Assembly: GCA_963835575.1 (NCBI GenBank)
Contig: CAWIGG010000006.1
Location: forward strand, 320,001 to 384,000
Length of the DNA: 64,000 nt
Direction of reading: 5' to 3'
DNA from: an uncultured Spirochaetota bacterium
GTDB lineage: Bacteria; Spirochaetota; Brevinematia; Brevinematales; JAOACQ01
A program made the position numbers and the translations under genes. Shown one piece after another: positions 30,089 to 41,900 of this stretch. Under the pieces are notes generated by a model. That model saw nothing but the letters and a program-made list of their open reading frames with translations, was not told the origin of the DNA and made no database searches. Positions within the stretch are counted from its first letter, which is position 1; the number at the start of each line of letters is the position of its first letter.

Positions 30089-31117
30089 ATGAAAGCCATG
30101 CTGTTAAAGAAGCTTGCCGGTCTGAGTGAAAATAAAGAGCCGCTTGAATTTACCGATGTGCCGGTCCCGGTCCCGGGAGAAGGCGAAATCCTTATCAGGG
30201 TTTCCGCCTGCGGGGTCTGCCATACCGAGCTGGATGAAATTGAGGGCAGGACGGTGCCGGCAATTCTTCCGGTAATTCCCGGGCACCAGATCGTCGGAAA
30301 AATAGCCGGAAAAGGGAAAAATGCCGACCGTTTCAAGGAAGGGGACCGCGTCGGCGTCGCGTGGATCAATTCCGCATGCGGAAAATGCTCCTTCTGCCTC
30401 GGCGGATTTGAAAATCTCTGCCCTGAATTTAAAGCCGCCGGCCGGGATGTGAACGGCGGCTATGCCGAATACGTTGTTGTCAATCAGGATTTTTCATATT
30501 CCATTCCGGATATATACAGCGACTTTGAGGCCGCGCCTCTTCTCTGCGCCGGCGCCGTAGGCTACCGTTCCCTCAGATTGACCGGACTGAAGGATGGGCA
30601 GAGTCTCGGGCTGTCCGGCTTCGGCGGCTCGGCCCACCTTGTCTTAAAAACCGTAAAATATTGTTTTCCCCATTCTCCGGTCTATGTCTTTGCCAGAAGC
30701 GGAGCCGAAAGGAATTTCGCGCTGGAGCTTGGAGCGGATTGGGCCGGCGATTTTACGGAAGAACCGCCGCAAAAAGCGGATGCTGTTATTGATACCACGC
30801 CGGTCTGGAAGACGGTCCTGGACGCCCTTGACCATTTAAAACCTGGAGGAAGGCTTGTCATCAACGCGATCCGGAAGGAAGAGTCGGATAAAAAAGCCCT
30901 GCTGGACCTAGATTATTCCCGGCATCTATGGATGGAGAAGGAAATTAAAAGCGCCGCGAACGTAACGAGGAAAGATGTCGGTGAATTTCTGGAAATAGCG
31001 TCAAAAATTCCGGTTAAGCCGGAAATACAAATTTACCGGCTTGAAGAGGCAAACATGGCCTTGACTGAATTGAAGGAAAGAAAAATACGGGGCTCAAAGG
31101 TCCTGAAAATAGGCTGA
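30089..31117 (+). CDS. Zinc-dependent alcohol dehydrogenase family protein
   Basis: CGVCHTE, GHQ, CGKCSFC-x7-C, GFGGS. Confidence 0.92.
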   Translation: MKAMLLKKLAGLSENKEPLEFTDVPVPVPGEGEILIRVSACGVCHTELDEIEGRTVPAILPVIPGHQIVGKIAGKGKNADRFKEGDRVGVAWINSACGKCSFCLGGFENLCPEFKAAGRDVNGGYAEYVVVNQDFSYSIPDIYSDFEAAPLLCAGAVGYRSLRLTGLKDGQSLGLSGFGGSAHLVLKTVKYCFPHSPVYVFARSGAERNFALELGADWAGDFTEEPPQKADAVIDTTPVWKTVLDALDHLKPGGRLVINAIRKEESDKKALLDLDYSRHLWMEKEIKSAANVTRKDVGEFLEIASKIPVKPEIQIYRLEEANMALTELKERKIRGSKVLKIG

Positions 31118-31333
31118 ATCAGCAATATTAAAAGGATTTAAAAAATAAACATCGATGACCATAAGGATTACGCATAAAATAAGTATAGAAAACCAGCGCT
31201 TTTAGTACAAAAAGCCTATTGAAATAATGATGTCTTTTCTTTATCATTTATTTATCGACAACCATGACAAAATTGTGATCATAAAAAAAATAAGTCAGGG
31301 CATTTTCCGGGGAAAAAGTATAGGGAGTATGGA

Positions 31334-32264
31334 ATGCGGTATAAAAGCTTTAAGATTTATCTTGCGGTTTTAGCGTTTTTAATTTTATTGAATACCTACG
31401 GCCGGAATCTGGTACAGAACACAGGTCCTGCCGAACCGTACCCTGCCGGAGACGGTCTTTTAGATCCTTATGCGCAGGCCAGGGCACTCGGCAAAGGCGT
31501 GAATTTCGGGAACCTTCTGGACGCGGCCCCTCAGGAAGGCGCATGGACAGGCGGAATGGTCATCCTTGAGCCGCATTTTGATCTGGCGGCTAAAGCCAAA
31601 GCCGGACTCGATTCCGTACGGATACCCATCAGGTTTTCGGATCATGCGCTGGCCAATCCGCCTTACACAATGCCTCCGGGAAATCCGTAAAATCGATAAT
31701 CACCATACTGTTATTGTTGACTGTGTGGATTGGAGCGCCGTCAGCGGTTTAAACGGCTTGAGAATTCCCGCGGCTGAATCCAATGTGATAGTGACCTTCC
31801 ATTATTATAATCCGGGACTCTTCTGTTTTCAGGGCCAGCCATGGATAGGACCCGACTGGGCTACGACAAACATCACTTGGCCCGGCCCGCCTCCACGTCC
31901 CGTTATCCCCGCGGCCGGAGTGGGGCGATGGGTTATTATTTGGATCAATCAATATAATACGATAGGTTCTCCCGAATTTAATCCGGGAGGCCCGGGTATT
32001 ATCCGGATGGAAATCTCGAACGCGGCCGCATGGGGCCTCGCCAATCACCGCCCGCTCTGGATGAGCGAATTTACCTGTCAGGACAGGGCGGATATGACTT
32101 CCCGCAGCAACTGGACGGCATTTGTCAGGAAAGAACTTGAAAGCCATAATATACCCTGGTCTTATTGGACGCTGTTTTCCGATTCGTATATTTATGACGC
32201 GTACAAGACTCGCAAGTGGATACTTCCCCTGACGGGAGCGTTGGGATTGAGCGTGTCGAATTAA
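31334..32264 (+). pseudogene. GH5 endoglucanase with internal deletion and frameshift
   Basis: LGKGVNFGN and SVRIPIR in ORF1; TFHYYNP, WMSEF and WSYW in ORF2; the NEP acid/base segment is absent. Confidence 0.8.
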
Positions 32265-32636
32265 GGCTTAATATTATCGATCTCTCAGGTTGTCCCGGTC
32301 AATTACAATATATCCCCCATTATGAATAAGGATAATAATATGGCCGGTCAATAATGAATGATAAAATTGATTGGACCGATTTTTTACAGGAAGAAAAGAA
32401 GCGTTGCCCTGAGCTTGCCGAAGGGGCGGGAAGAGTAAAAGGAAAAAGATAATTGTATGTCGATATCTAATATAAATGGCCGCACCTGCCGGGACGGAGC
32501 CCGATGCGTATTGAATTTTGTGAGAGTATTAAAAACAATAAGGCCATATTATCAATTTATATCCGAAGGCGCCAGCCGGCAGTCAACAGCCGTAGGGACG
32601 CACTATCCCCGACTGGGTTAAGGATCCCCGAGAGTT

Positions 32637-33770
32637 TCAGGCGCTCCATGAACGGCGTACAGCGAGGGCTCCCAGAATAACAGAGACCAGGGCTGTGCCT
32701 GTCAGTACGGATATATCAAACGGAAGGCCGTCAAGTCCCGGATAGAAAAGGGCCTGCCTCATCCCGTCGATTGAATAGCGGAAGGGATTAAAAGCGCTGA
32801 TATTCCTCAGCCAGTCTGGAAGAAAGGCTATGGTCGTGAATCCCCCGCCCAGAAAGAATAAATATGTCGCCAATACGGATGAGGCCATCGCGACAAGCCG
32901 CGGGCCATGCAAAAGCGAGCCGAGGATCGCTCCCAGCCCGGCAGCGCATAAACCGGTGGCCATGAAAAGTGCGGCCAGGGCCGGCCAGTGACCTGCCGGC
33001 GGAGAAATAACGCCTGTCAGTGAACAAATAAAGAGCGCCGGCGCAAGCACTGCCATGGACGCGGCAAGTCCGCCGAAAAGCCTTCCCGCGATCAAAGCCC
33101 ATGAAGTCAAGGGAGCCAGTGCAAGATAACGGGCGGTACTCCGTTCTTTATCCTGCGCGCATAAGAGGGCTGTCCCTATGAAGCCGATACTGAGAACAAG
33201 GAGTATGAATGCCGGGAGGACCTGATAACTGAGAAAATCGACATTGGCTACTCTGAGATCTTCCTCCGCGATCTCGATGAGATAGGGGTTCCTTGATGCA
33301 AAATTAAAGACCTCGGAACCTTCTTCCTGGAACCCGAGACCCGGCGCGTCAAACTGCGCAGCGGAACGGTCGACGGAACGGCGGATATCATCGGCGAAAT
33401 CGATATCCACATTGTTTAAAACCAATTCAAGCCTTGCATTGCTGACGGCGGCCGAATCGTCAAAATCCCCGGGAATGGTTATAACGGCCGCAACCTCCTG
33501 ATCTCTCAGCATCCGCGCCGCTGTTTTTGAATCGGTAACTGTCAGAAGGTAGGCCTCCGCATCTTTTTTAATGATTTTTACCATACGCATCGCTTCCTTT
33601 CCATACGAGGAAACAACAAGGGCGACAGGCTGCCTGCCGACGGAAAAAGTCAGGACAATTAAAAGAATGACCATACCGAGCGGCGGTATGAGCGCGCTGA
33701 CCAGTGCCAGGGGCATGCGCCGCCAGAGCAGGAGATCATGCCGCGCCAGGATCCATATTCCCCGTATCAT
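32637..33770 (-). CDS. ABC-2 type transporter permease
   Basis: TM1, large loop, C-terminal TMs, LPDWLRNISAFNP. Confidence 0.88.
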   Translation of the reverse strand: MIRGIWILARHDLLLWRRMPLALVSALIPPLGMVILLIVLTFSVGRQPVALVVSSYGKEAMRMVKIIKKDAEAYLLTVTDSKTAARMLRDQEVAAVITIPGDFDDSAAVSNARLELVLNNVDIDFADDIRRSVDRSAAQFDAPGLGFQEEGSEVFNFASRNPYLIEIAEEDLRVANVDFLSYQVLPAFILLVLSIGFIGTALLCAQDKERSTARYLALAPLTSWALIAGRLFGGLAASMAVLAPALFICSLTGVISPPAGHWPALAALFMATGLCAAGLGAILGSLLHGPRLVAMASSVLATYLFFLGGGFTTIAFLPDWLRNISAFNPFRYSIDGMRQALFYPGLDGLPFDISVLTGTALVSVILGALAVRRSWSA

Positions 33771-34870
33771 GATGAAAGTTTCCTTTTCAAAATATTACCG
33801 GTTATAATCAGCATAAGGGCTGTCCAGAGCAATAGTACTAAAAAATTAATAAAAACAGGCTCGGGCGTGACCTCATATCCATGAAACGCATGTTCAAGGA
33901 TCCCTACCGCGTAATAGACCGGAGAAAGATGGGCGATGGCCCAGATGATATTGCCGTCAAACCGTTCGGGCTCAAGCGAGCCGCTGTCAATGTAAAGGGG
34001 AAGGGCCAGCCCGAAAATCAGTGAAGCGACGGGAAGGGTTCTTTTAAGGGCAGCGCCCAGCGCCGCACCGGCACAACTGAAAATAATGATGCATGTGAAT
34101 AAAGCGAGGACCATCTCGACAGGGTGCGCCGGTATGACCCCATAGCCTGTTATGACAAGCGCCGAACTGAAGGCCAGTGCCAGAGCGGCATAAGCGTCGG
34201 CCGCCAGGATACGTCCGATGAGCGGGGCAAGCGGATGAACGGGAGCGGTCAGGAGCATTTTCGATGTCCCGGACTCGAATTCCCGGGCCGCCGCCGCGGC
34301 GCTCAAAATGCCGGCGACAATAAAGGCGCTCAAAGCAAGAGCGCTTACGGCCAGGTAAGGGATAAAACCGGTGTCATGCTTGATCAGATCATGCTCTTCG
34401 ACCCGGACCCGGATGCCCTGCAGATGAAGATTGCGGGCAAAGGACACAACGGCCGAAGGCATTGCCCTCTGGATGTCCTGGGTCATATCGGTATCGATAT
34501 TGTCGACTAAGGCGTCAATATAAATTATATTGCCTTTGGCTATCGCTTTCGAGAAACCGCGGGGTATTGTTATAACAGCGACCAGCTCCCCGCGCTTGAC
34601 GGCCGAAAGGGCTTCCTCTCTATTCATGAGCTTTATCGCGAAAGAATGGCGGGCCGCTTCCATATTCGCTATGAAAATCCTTGAATAGAGTTCCCCGTCC
34701 TCATTAACAACTGCCGTGGGGGCCCTGCTGCCTGTCAGGCCGAAAATGCTGACAAGCAGTATGAATGTGACCGATTGTATGACAGTGAGTATAATCAGCA
34801 AAGGGGACCTTCCCAATTGAACGGCCTCGGCCCGCGCCGCGCCGGTTACGGCCGAAAGGAAATTCTTCAT
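33767..34870 (-). CDS. ABC-2 type transporter permease
   Basis: AREFESGT motif; ATGA overlap with neighbours. Confidence 0.88.
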   Translation of the reverse strand: MKNFLSAVTGAARAEAVQLGRSPLLIILTVIQSVTFILLVSIFGLTGSRAPTAVVNEDGELYSRIFIANMEAARHSFAIKLMNREEALSAVKRGELVAVITIPRGFSKAIAKGNIIYIDALVDNIDTDMTQDIQRAMPSAVVSFARNLHLQGIRVRVEEHDLIKHDTGFIPYLAVSALALSAFIVAGILSAAAAAREFESGTSKMLLTAPVHPLAPLIGRILAADAYAALALAFSSALVITGYGVIPAHPVEMVLALFTCIIIFSCAGAALGAALKRTLPVASLIFGLALPLYIDSGSLEPERFDGNIIWAIAHLSPVYYAVGILEHAFHGYEVTPEPVFINFLVLLLWTALMLIITGNILKRKLSS

Positions 34871-35820
34871 GAGGGGGCCTCCAAAGACCGGAAAACCTCG
34901 GCAAGGTCCGGCGGCCGGATCCTGAAGCCGCTGATGGGGACGGTCTTTAATATTGTCAGGACGATATTATCGGATTTTAAATTTCCTTTTAAAAATATGG
35001 ACAATCCGGCGGGCGTCTGATCAATACGTATGATATCTTTGGAATTTTTTAATTCGGAAATGATTTTTGCCGCCTGGCCCGCGTCGCATTCAATATCCAG
35101 GCAGGAACCGGCCCTGGCAATCAATGAATCGGGGGATTCCGATACAAGCAGCCGGCCGGAGCGGATGACTGTAACCTTATCGCATAGGGCCTGGGCCTCA
35201 TCAAGATAATTGGTCGCTGTCAGGACTGTCGTGCCTTCGGATTTTAAAAGCCGCAAATGCGACCAGACGGCATGCCGGGCCTCGACATCGACGCCGAGGG
35301 TCGGCTCGTCAATAATCAGCATTTCGGGTTTATGCAGGAGCGCCCTGGCGATCGCGATCCGCCTGCGCAGGCCTCCTGAAAGGGTTCTGACAGGTTCGCC
35401 CGACCGTCCGGAAAGGTCCAGAAGCTCAAGCACGGCATTGATTCTCTTTTTCGGTTCGGGAATATTGTACAGAGACGCTGAAAAAAGCAGGTTTTCAAAA
35501 CCGGTCAGCTCTTCATAAAGGGCAGTTTCCTGAAGCACAACGCCTATGCGCCTGCGGAGGCTGTAGCCGCGGGACGGCAGACGTTCGCCCAGAACAGTGA
35601 CCGTTCCCTCTGACGGCGGACGCAGCCCGAGTACCATGGACAAAAGGGTGGTTTTGCCCGCGCCGTTGGGTCCCACTATACCGGAGATTTGACCGGCCTT
35701 GAAATCAAGGCTGATATGATCGATTATGGTTTTCCTGCCGATGCGGCAGGACACATTCTCAAAACAAACTGCCTGTGCAGCATTTTCTGAGACCCTGTTT
35801 TCATTCCTCAGCTGTTTCAT
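34867..35820 (-). CDS. ABC transporter ATP-binding protein
   Basis: GPNGAGKT, LSGG, IIDEPT; start set at ATG 35820 behind GGGAGG. Confidence 0.92.
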   Translation of the reverse strand: MKQLRNENRVSENAAQAVCFENVSCRIGRKTIIDHISLDFKAGQISGIVGPNGAGKTTLLSMVLGLRPPSEGTVTVLGERLPSRGYSLRRRIGVVLQETALYEELTGFENLLFSASLYNIPEPKKRINAVLELLDLSGRSGEPVRTLSGGLRRRIAIARALLHKPEMLIIDEPTLGVDVEARHAVWSHLRLLKSEGTTVLTATNYLDEAQALCDKVTVIRSGRLLVSESPDSLIARAGSCLDIECDAGQAAKIISELKNSKDIIRIDQTPAGLSIFLKGNLKSDNIVLTILKTVPISGFRIRPPDLAEVFRSLEAPS

Positions 35821-36439
35821 GATCCTCCCGGGGAAATAAAATTTAAAATTCCTGAATATACTAAGATAATACATCAAATTTGTCTATAGGAATTTTGGCA
35901 CATTCCCGCAAAAATTTATTTTAATAAATATTTTCAGCGAATAAATGGAAATTCCTGCCAGGCGCATTCAGGCGTTTCTGGAATAATGACCGGGAGTAAG
36001 TTAACTTCCGGCCTATGAAAAAACAGCAGCTTTACCGGTAATAATAATTTACATTTCCATAACAGCGTTTTATGCTTAAATTCCGGCATCCGGAAGTTGA
36101 ACTGTCAGGGCATTTAATGGAAAAAAATATTATTGGTGTGACTTCGCGTGACATTTTCAGGGCAAATATTACGGAAAAATTTGTTTAGTGCTATGACTAT
36201 TTAATAAATTTTGGACAGTGATGAGCCGTTATATTTTATAATTCCACAATTAAAAATAGTTCTCCCGTCAAATTGGTGGGGAAAACGGGGGGATTCAATA
36301 TTATATTTTTTTCCCGGCCGGACAACAAATTATTTCTTATGGCACTAGAATTATTCCTGTCAATCAATTAACTTTTTTCTATTGAAAAATTATAATCACC
36401 AGTTACAATATACCAGTCTGAATATAAAAAAACAGGCGG

Positions 36440-38761
36440 ATGCTGATGATTAAAAAAACGGCTGGACATCCTTTCCAGATAGGTCTGCAGATTCACAGCC
36501 TGTACGATTCTTTCGGAAAACTTTTTTTTGAAAACATTCATAAATGCGCGGAAGAGAAGGGGATCAATTTAATTACAGTTATCGGTGAAACCCCTCATAC
36601 GCCTTTTTATTATTATGCGCAGTTATCATCCATATATCAATATGTCAGTCCTGCCAATTTTGACGGGTTCATTTTTCTCGGTAATACCATTCTCAGTTAT
36701 GAAAGCCCGCAATATATGAAAACACTGGTGGCCGGAATGGGCAGCAAACCGGTTGTCTGCATCGGCTGCAGTGTTCTCGATAAACCAAGCATCATGACGG
36801 AAAACCGTCAGGGTATTTATGAGGCATTCAGCCATCTTGTCAAAGAGCATGGGAAAAAACATATCGCGTTTGTCAGGGGCCCGGCCGGTAATCTGGATGC
36901 GGACGAGCGTTTTGAAGCTTATTGCGAATCGCTAAGATCTTATGGTATGCCGTTCAATGAAAATATGGTTTTCCATGGCGATTTTACAAACTTAACCGGC
37001 CAGAAAGCCATTGATGATTTTAAACGAAAGGGCTTGAAAATTGACGCCATCATCACGTCCAATGATGCCCAGGCCTTCGGTCTGATTGAACAGGCGCGTC
37101 TTATCGGCATCCGGGTCCCTGCCGAGATTGCCGTAATCGGGTTTGATAATATCCGGGAATCCGAGTTTTTCTATCCTTCCCTGACTACAATCCGTCAGCC
37201 TGTTCCGGAAATGAGCGTTAAAGCTTTTGAGTGCCTGATGGATATGCTTGGCGGCAGAACCCCGCCTCAGCAGACTGTACTGCCGACAAAGCTGATAATT
37301 CGGAATTCATGCGGATGCAGGTTTCTCAATGCCGGTATTGATCCTGCATCGCCCGATGATTTAATCTTTTCCGATACGGCGGGCGATAAAACCGGCATCT
37401 TAAAAAAAAGGCTTCTCTATGATCTCTCCGGGAAAGGAACGGAAAATAATGATTGGAACGGTATTTATTCCCGTACGCTTGAATTGATAGAACTTCTGGT
37501 ATCTCAAAAAGGCATTATGGAGAAAAGGAAAGAATTTTTTGAAAAGCTTATTTATTCAATTGATGATGATATGAGGCTCAACCGGAGCATCTCCGGCTGG
37601 GAAAGTGCAATAAAAACGCTTATTCTTAACATTGATTTGTTATATGAAACCCAGGACAGCCGGAACAATATCCAGCGCATACTTAATACCGCAATGGAAT
37701 ATATCCAGATCCTGTTAAAAAATAATGAGGCCCTGAAATGGATCCGTAAGGAATACCAGATTTATGACATACGGGACAGCATACAGCGGATTGAGTCCGT
37801 GACCGATTTTAAAGAATTGTCCAGGACCAGTTTAATAATGGCTCAGAACCTGCATTACAGGCATTTTTATATCTGTCTTTATGATAAACCGCAGTATCAT
37901 GAGGCAGGGGCCCCTTTTGAAAAAGCGAAATCGGCTAAAATTCTCGCTTCGAAAACCGTATCATCAGAAAATAAAAGTCCCCGCTTCAGGAAATCCCTTT
38001 TCTCAGGAAACCAGCTTCTGCCGGTTTCAGGGTATCCTTCAAGAACCAGATACTCGCTTATCGTACAGACTGTTTATTTTAAGGAGGAAATTTTCGGTTA
38101 TATTATGTTTGAAAACCCGGAGTTTGACAAAGTGATGTTCCAGATTTTTATATCCAGTTTGAGCAGTACGCTCAAGCGTATTTTTCTTTTCAGCCAGAAG
38201 GAAAACGCGGAAAAAAGGCTCCGCGGCGCCTTGAAAAAACTGTCCTTATATAATATCAGCCTGAAGGACCAGTCGGAAAAAGATGAATTGACGGGGCTTC
38301 TGAACCGGCGCGGTTTCCTGAATATGGCAAAACTGAAACTCAAACAGCTGAAGGAAGACCGGTTGTCTGCAATTCTTTTCTTTGCTGACATGGACGGATT
38401 AAAAGCGATAAATGATTCATATGGGCATTCGAACGGAGATTTTGCCATACAATCGATGGCTGTCATCTTGAAGAAGACCTTCCGTGAAAAAGATATATTA
38501 GCCCGCCTTGGAGGGGATGAATTTGTTATACTGGCTAACGATCTTCAGAAAGAAGTTGTCAATCATATCCGAGAGCGTATGACTTATCATGAAAGTGAAC
38601 TCAACAGTCAATCCGGAAAACCCTTTAAGATCTCAGCCAGCCTGGGCCATATTATAATAAAGCCCGATTCTCATGAAAACCTGGAATACTGGATTTCCGA
38701 AGCCGATAAAAGGCTCTATACGGAAAAGAAAAAAAGAAAAATATCTGGAAGGGGTAATTGA
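36440..38761 (+). CDS. LacI-type sugar-binding domain / GGDEF diguanylate cyclase
   Basis: IAFVRGP, NDAQA, VIGFDN, LTTIRQP; C-terminal DELTGLLNRR and ARLGGDEF. Confidence 0.88.
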   Translation: MLMIKKTAGHPFQIGLQIHSLYDSFGKLFFENIHKCAEEKGINLITVIGETPHTPFYYYAQLSSIYQYVSPANFDGFIFLGNTILSYESPQYMKTLVAGMGSKPVVCIGCSVLDKPSIMTENRQGIYEAFSHLVKEHGKKHIAFVRGPAGNLDADERFEAYCESLRSYGMPFNENMVFHGDFTNLTGQKAIDDFKRKGLKIDAIITSNDAQAFGLIEQARLIGIRVPAEIAVIGFDNIRESEFFYPSLTTIRQPVPEMSVKAFECLMDMLGGRTPPQQTVLPTKLIIRNSCGCRFLNAGIDPASPDDLIFSDTAGDKTGILKKRLLYDLSGKGTENNDWNGIYSRTLELIELLVSQKGIMEKRKEFFEKLIYSIDDDMRLNRSISGWESAIKTLILNIDLLYETQDSRNNIQRILNTAMEYIQILLKNNEALKWIRKEYQIYDIRDSIQRIESVTDFKELSRTSLIMAQNLHYRHFYICLYDKPQYHEAGAPFEKAKSAKILASKTVSSENKSPRFRKSLFSGNQLLPVSGYPSRTRYSLIVQTVYFKEEIFGYIMFENPEFDKVMFQIFISSLSSTLKRIFLFSQKENAEKRLRGALKKLSLYNISLKDQSEKDELTGLLNRRGFLNMAKLKLKQLKEDRLSAILFFADMDGLKAINDSYGHSNGDFAIQSMAVILKKTFREKDILARLGGDEFVILANDLQKEVVNHIRERMTYHESELNSQSGKPFKISASLGHIIIKPDSHENLEYWISEADKRLYTEKKKRKISGRGN

Positions 38762-38949
38762 TACTCTGAGCCATTATTGTTTTATTAAGTCAGGCATTTC
38801 CTTTCTTTAATATAAATATTAAAAGTATAAGATTAATTTCCATGTCCCTGTTTTTTTATTCTTAACTCCGCGGGGGAAATATTTCTGTTACTTTTCCATC
38901 TATTAAGCGTAGTATATGTGTCGCATCGCAATATTTTAAGGAGGACTTT

Positions 38950-41900
38950 ATGAAGAAAAAATCTATGCGGAGGATTCTCTTTTCGGTCTCGGCCCTGAGC
39001 TTGATTTTTGTGCTTTTCAGCAGCGCGAAGAAGGAAGCGGAAACGGATAAAAAGGAAACAGCTTTGTTTAATGTCAACTTGAAGGATAAAAAGGTCGAAG
39101 CGCCGTCAAAAAGCATCAGGGACAACCTGCGCTTTAAATTTATCTCGGTGACAACAGACCAGCCGGTTTACTGGCCGAACGAGGATGTTTTCCTGAAAGC
39201 GCTGTTCCCGGCAAGCCCTTCAAAAGAAATTCAGATCAGCCTGCAGAAAAAGGACGCGTCGCCGAGAAACCTGGGAAAATTCAAATTGAACAGCGCCGGG
39301 ATGCTGGTTGAAACCGTCATGAGCGGAAAGACAAAAAAGCTTGAACCGGGCGAATATAGTGTTAATGTAAAAACCGCGGACGGAAAACTGACCGGCTCCG
39401 CGGCTTTCAGCGTCGTCGAAGGAGCGCTCGGCGCCCTGTTGTTCGCTTATGAGTTTGAACAGATAACAGACGCGAAAAATCTGGGCAAGGTCAAAGGAGG
39501 GTGGTTTTTCGGGAACGCGGAGGGCGTGGGGAAGAGATGGGGCAACGGCCTCAATATAAAAAATGAGCTCCGCGACCTCAATCAGCCTTATAATGGAAAA
39601 GCGACACTGCAGACCAGGTGCTATCTTCCCGGCTGCGACGGCATAGAAGCCGGCCCGCCCGTCGAAACGGTGATAAAAGACGGGCAGATAGAAGCCGCGC
39701 TGGATGTCGGCGGACATTCCGGGCCTTTTGGGATCGAAGTGGTCACGCCGAAGGGCAGCGTCAGCTATCTCTTCGCAAAATCGGGGCATGTGGAAAGGCA
39801 GACCATTCCTGTTTCAGGGCATATGGTCAATTCTTTCAGCGCGACGATGGCGCCCTACGAAAACACGACGCCTGTCCCCGGCAGGGATATCTTCATAGTC
39901 AAGGAATCTGAGAATAAAGAAGACAGTATAGAGCTTAAATCCCCGATTGCCGATGCCTCGCAGGAAGTGGAGCTTATCGTCAATAAAAAGCTTTCCAATC
40001 CGAAGATCATTGTTGTTACTCCAATTTCGGACGATGAATTCAATACCGCCGAAATAAAACTGCCGAAAGACATTGAAAAAGGGAAATCCATTAAAATAAA
40101 ATGCGCGTCTCCCTACAGCCTGATCGCCGCCGCTGGTTTTGACGGCGAAAATTATTACGAAGGATGGGCCATTGCCTTTACCGCTTCGCCCATCGACTGT
40201 ACAATAAAATCCCCGGACAGCGGAAGCCCGCTCCAGCATCTGAACATAGAGATCAATACAGCTGATAAATTGAGCGGGAATCCCGTTTCCGTTTACGGCA
40301 TTCTGGAAGTGTTCGACAACCGCGTCCAGTCCAAAAGCGCCAAAGAGCCGCTGGTTTCCGCCGTCGGCGATTCTATAAGGGATTACGCAAACTATCTTGT
40401 TTCATGGCGGGATTTAACGGGCATTAATCAAGAGCTGGATGAAGAAGCGGAAAAAGATTACGCTCCGGCCACACTCGGCCAGCCGTCAACGGCTCCATTA
40501 AAGAAATTATCGGCCGTGAGGAGCGGAGCAAAGCAGTTTAAATCGGAATCTTCCGCTGAGGTTTCGGAAAACGCTAATAACGCCGAAGAGCAGGAGACCA
40601 TCCGGGAGGGCGAGAGAAAAGTCGTTTACTGCGGCATCATTAAAACAGACGGCAGCGGGACCGCTCATGCCGATATCCAGCTTCCGCCGCAGACCGGCCG
40701 CTGTAAAATACGGTTCACGATTGTCAATAAATACGATTATTTTGAAAAAATAAAGGATATTGATGTCATAAAGAAAAGCTTCCTGGAAGTAAGCCTCATG
40801 CCGCTTATCATTCCCGGAGCGAAAGTCACCGCGAGGGCGGTAGTGATTAACAGCCTCAAGGACAATATAAAACTGAGGATTTCCGGCGCCGGTCTTGATA
40901 AAGACATTGTTTATGAGATCAAACCCGGCATGGAAAATATCGATTTTGAAGTGACGGGAAGAAAATATGGAAAATTGTTTCTCACGCTGGAAAATTCCAG
41001 CGGCAAAATTCTGGATAAAAGGGAAATAGAGATCAGGAACATCAGTTCCTATCCGATTACTTTCTCCGACATCCGGATTTCGGACGGCAGTACAATTATA
41101 ATTGACAAAGGCGGAAGGGCCGCTGTTTATTCGAGCCCCGGAAGGCTCCTGGACGGCATGGTGATGAACATGGTCACAACGATGTACTCCTGGTTCGGCC
41201 ACTCGGAAGCGCTCAGTTCGGCGGCCGCGATACGAGCGGGTTTATTGAAAGCGATTGACGCAAAAATCATCGATGATGAAGGCATGCGCGGCACTCTGAA
41301 GTCAGACCTTGTCAAAACAGTCAGGGACCTGAACGAGGCGTTCTATAATCCGGACACAAGACTTTTCCGGCCTTATCCCGGCATTGATGAAAACGCGCTA
41401 TGGAGCGCGTGGACGGTCAGGAACCTGAAAGTGATGGTAAAATACCTGAAGGATTCTCCTGCATTAAAAGAAGAGTTGGCCGGCACTATTGCCCTGGCTG
41501 AGGCGATGACGGTACAGACTGCCGGTGAACTTAAAAAAAGGAAAATCAGTATCATGGAAGAAGCGCTGTATAATTCAGAAAACAGCGACGAAGTCATCCC
41601 GGTGGAGATCGACGGAAAAGTCATTTACAAGGCAGCGACCGATCCGGCCGTTGCGGAATGGTATGTCAAAAAGATGGCACCGCTGCTCGATGTCGAAGGA
41701 TCGAAAAATATGAAAGACATCAATCTGAAATTCATCAAGGCTTACGACACCTACCGCTTCCTCCGCTCTTTTGAAAGAACCGGCGCACTATATTATCTCC
41801 TGCTGAACGCGAAGGCGCTGTATCTGAAAGGCGATAAAAATTTCGGCCCGCTCTTCAATAAAATCGCCGGGGGCGTCATCATGATACAGGAACCCGGCCT

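Noticed and set aside
35880..36439. c-di-GMP riboswitch near GGGCAAA at ~36160
   Set aside because: The GNRA stem and second stem of the motif are absent.
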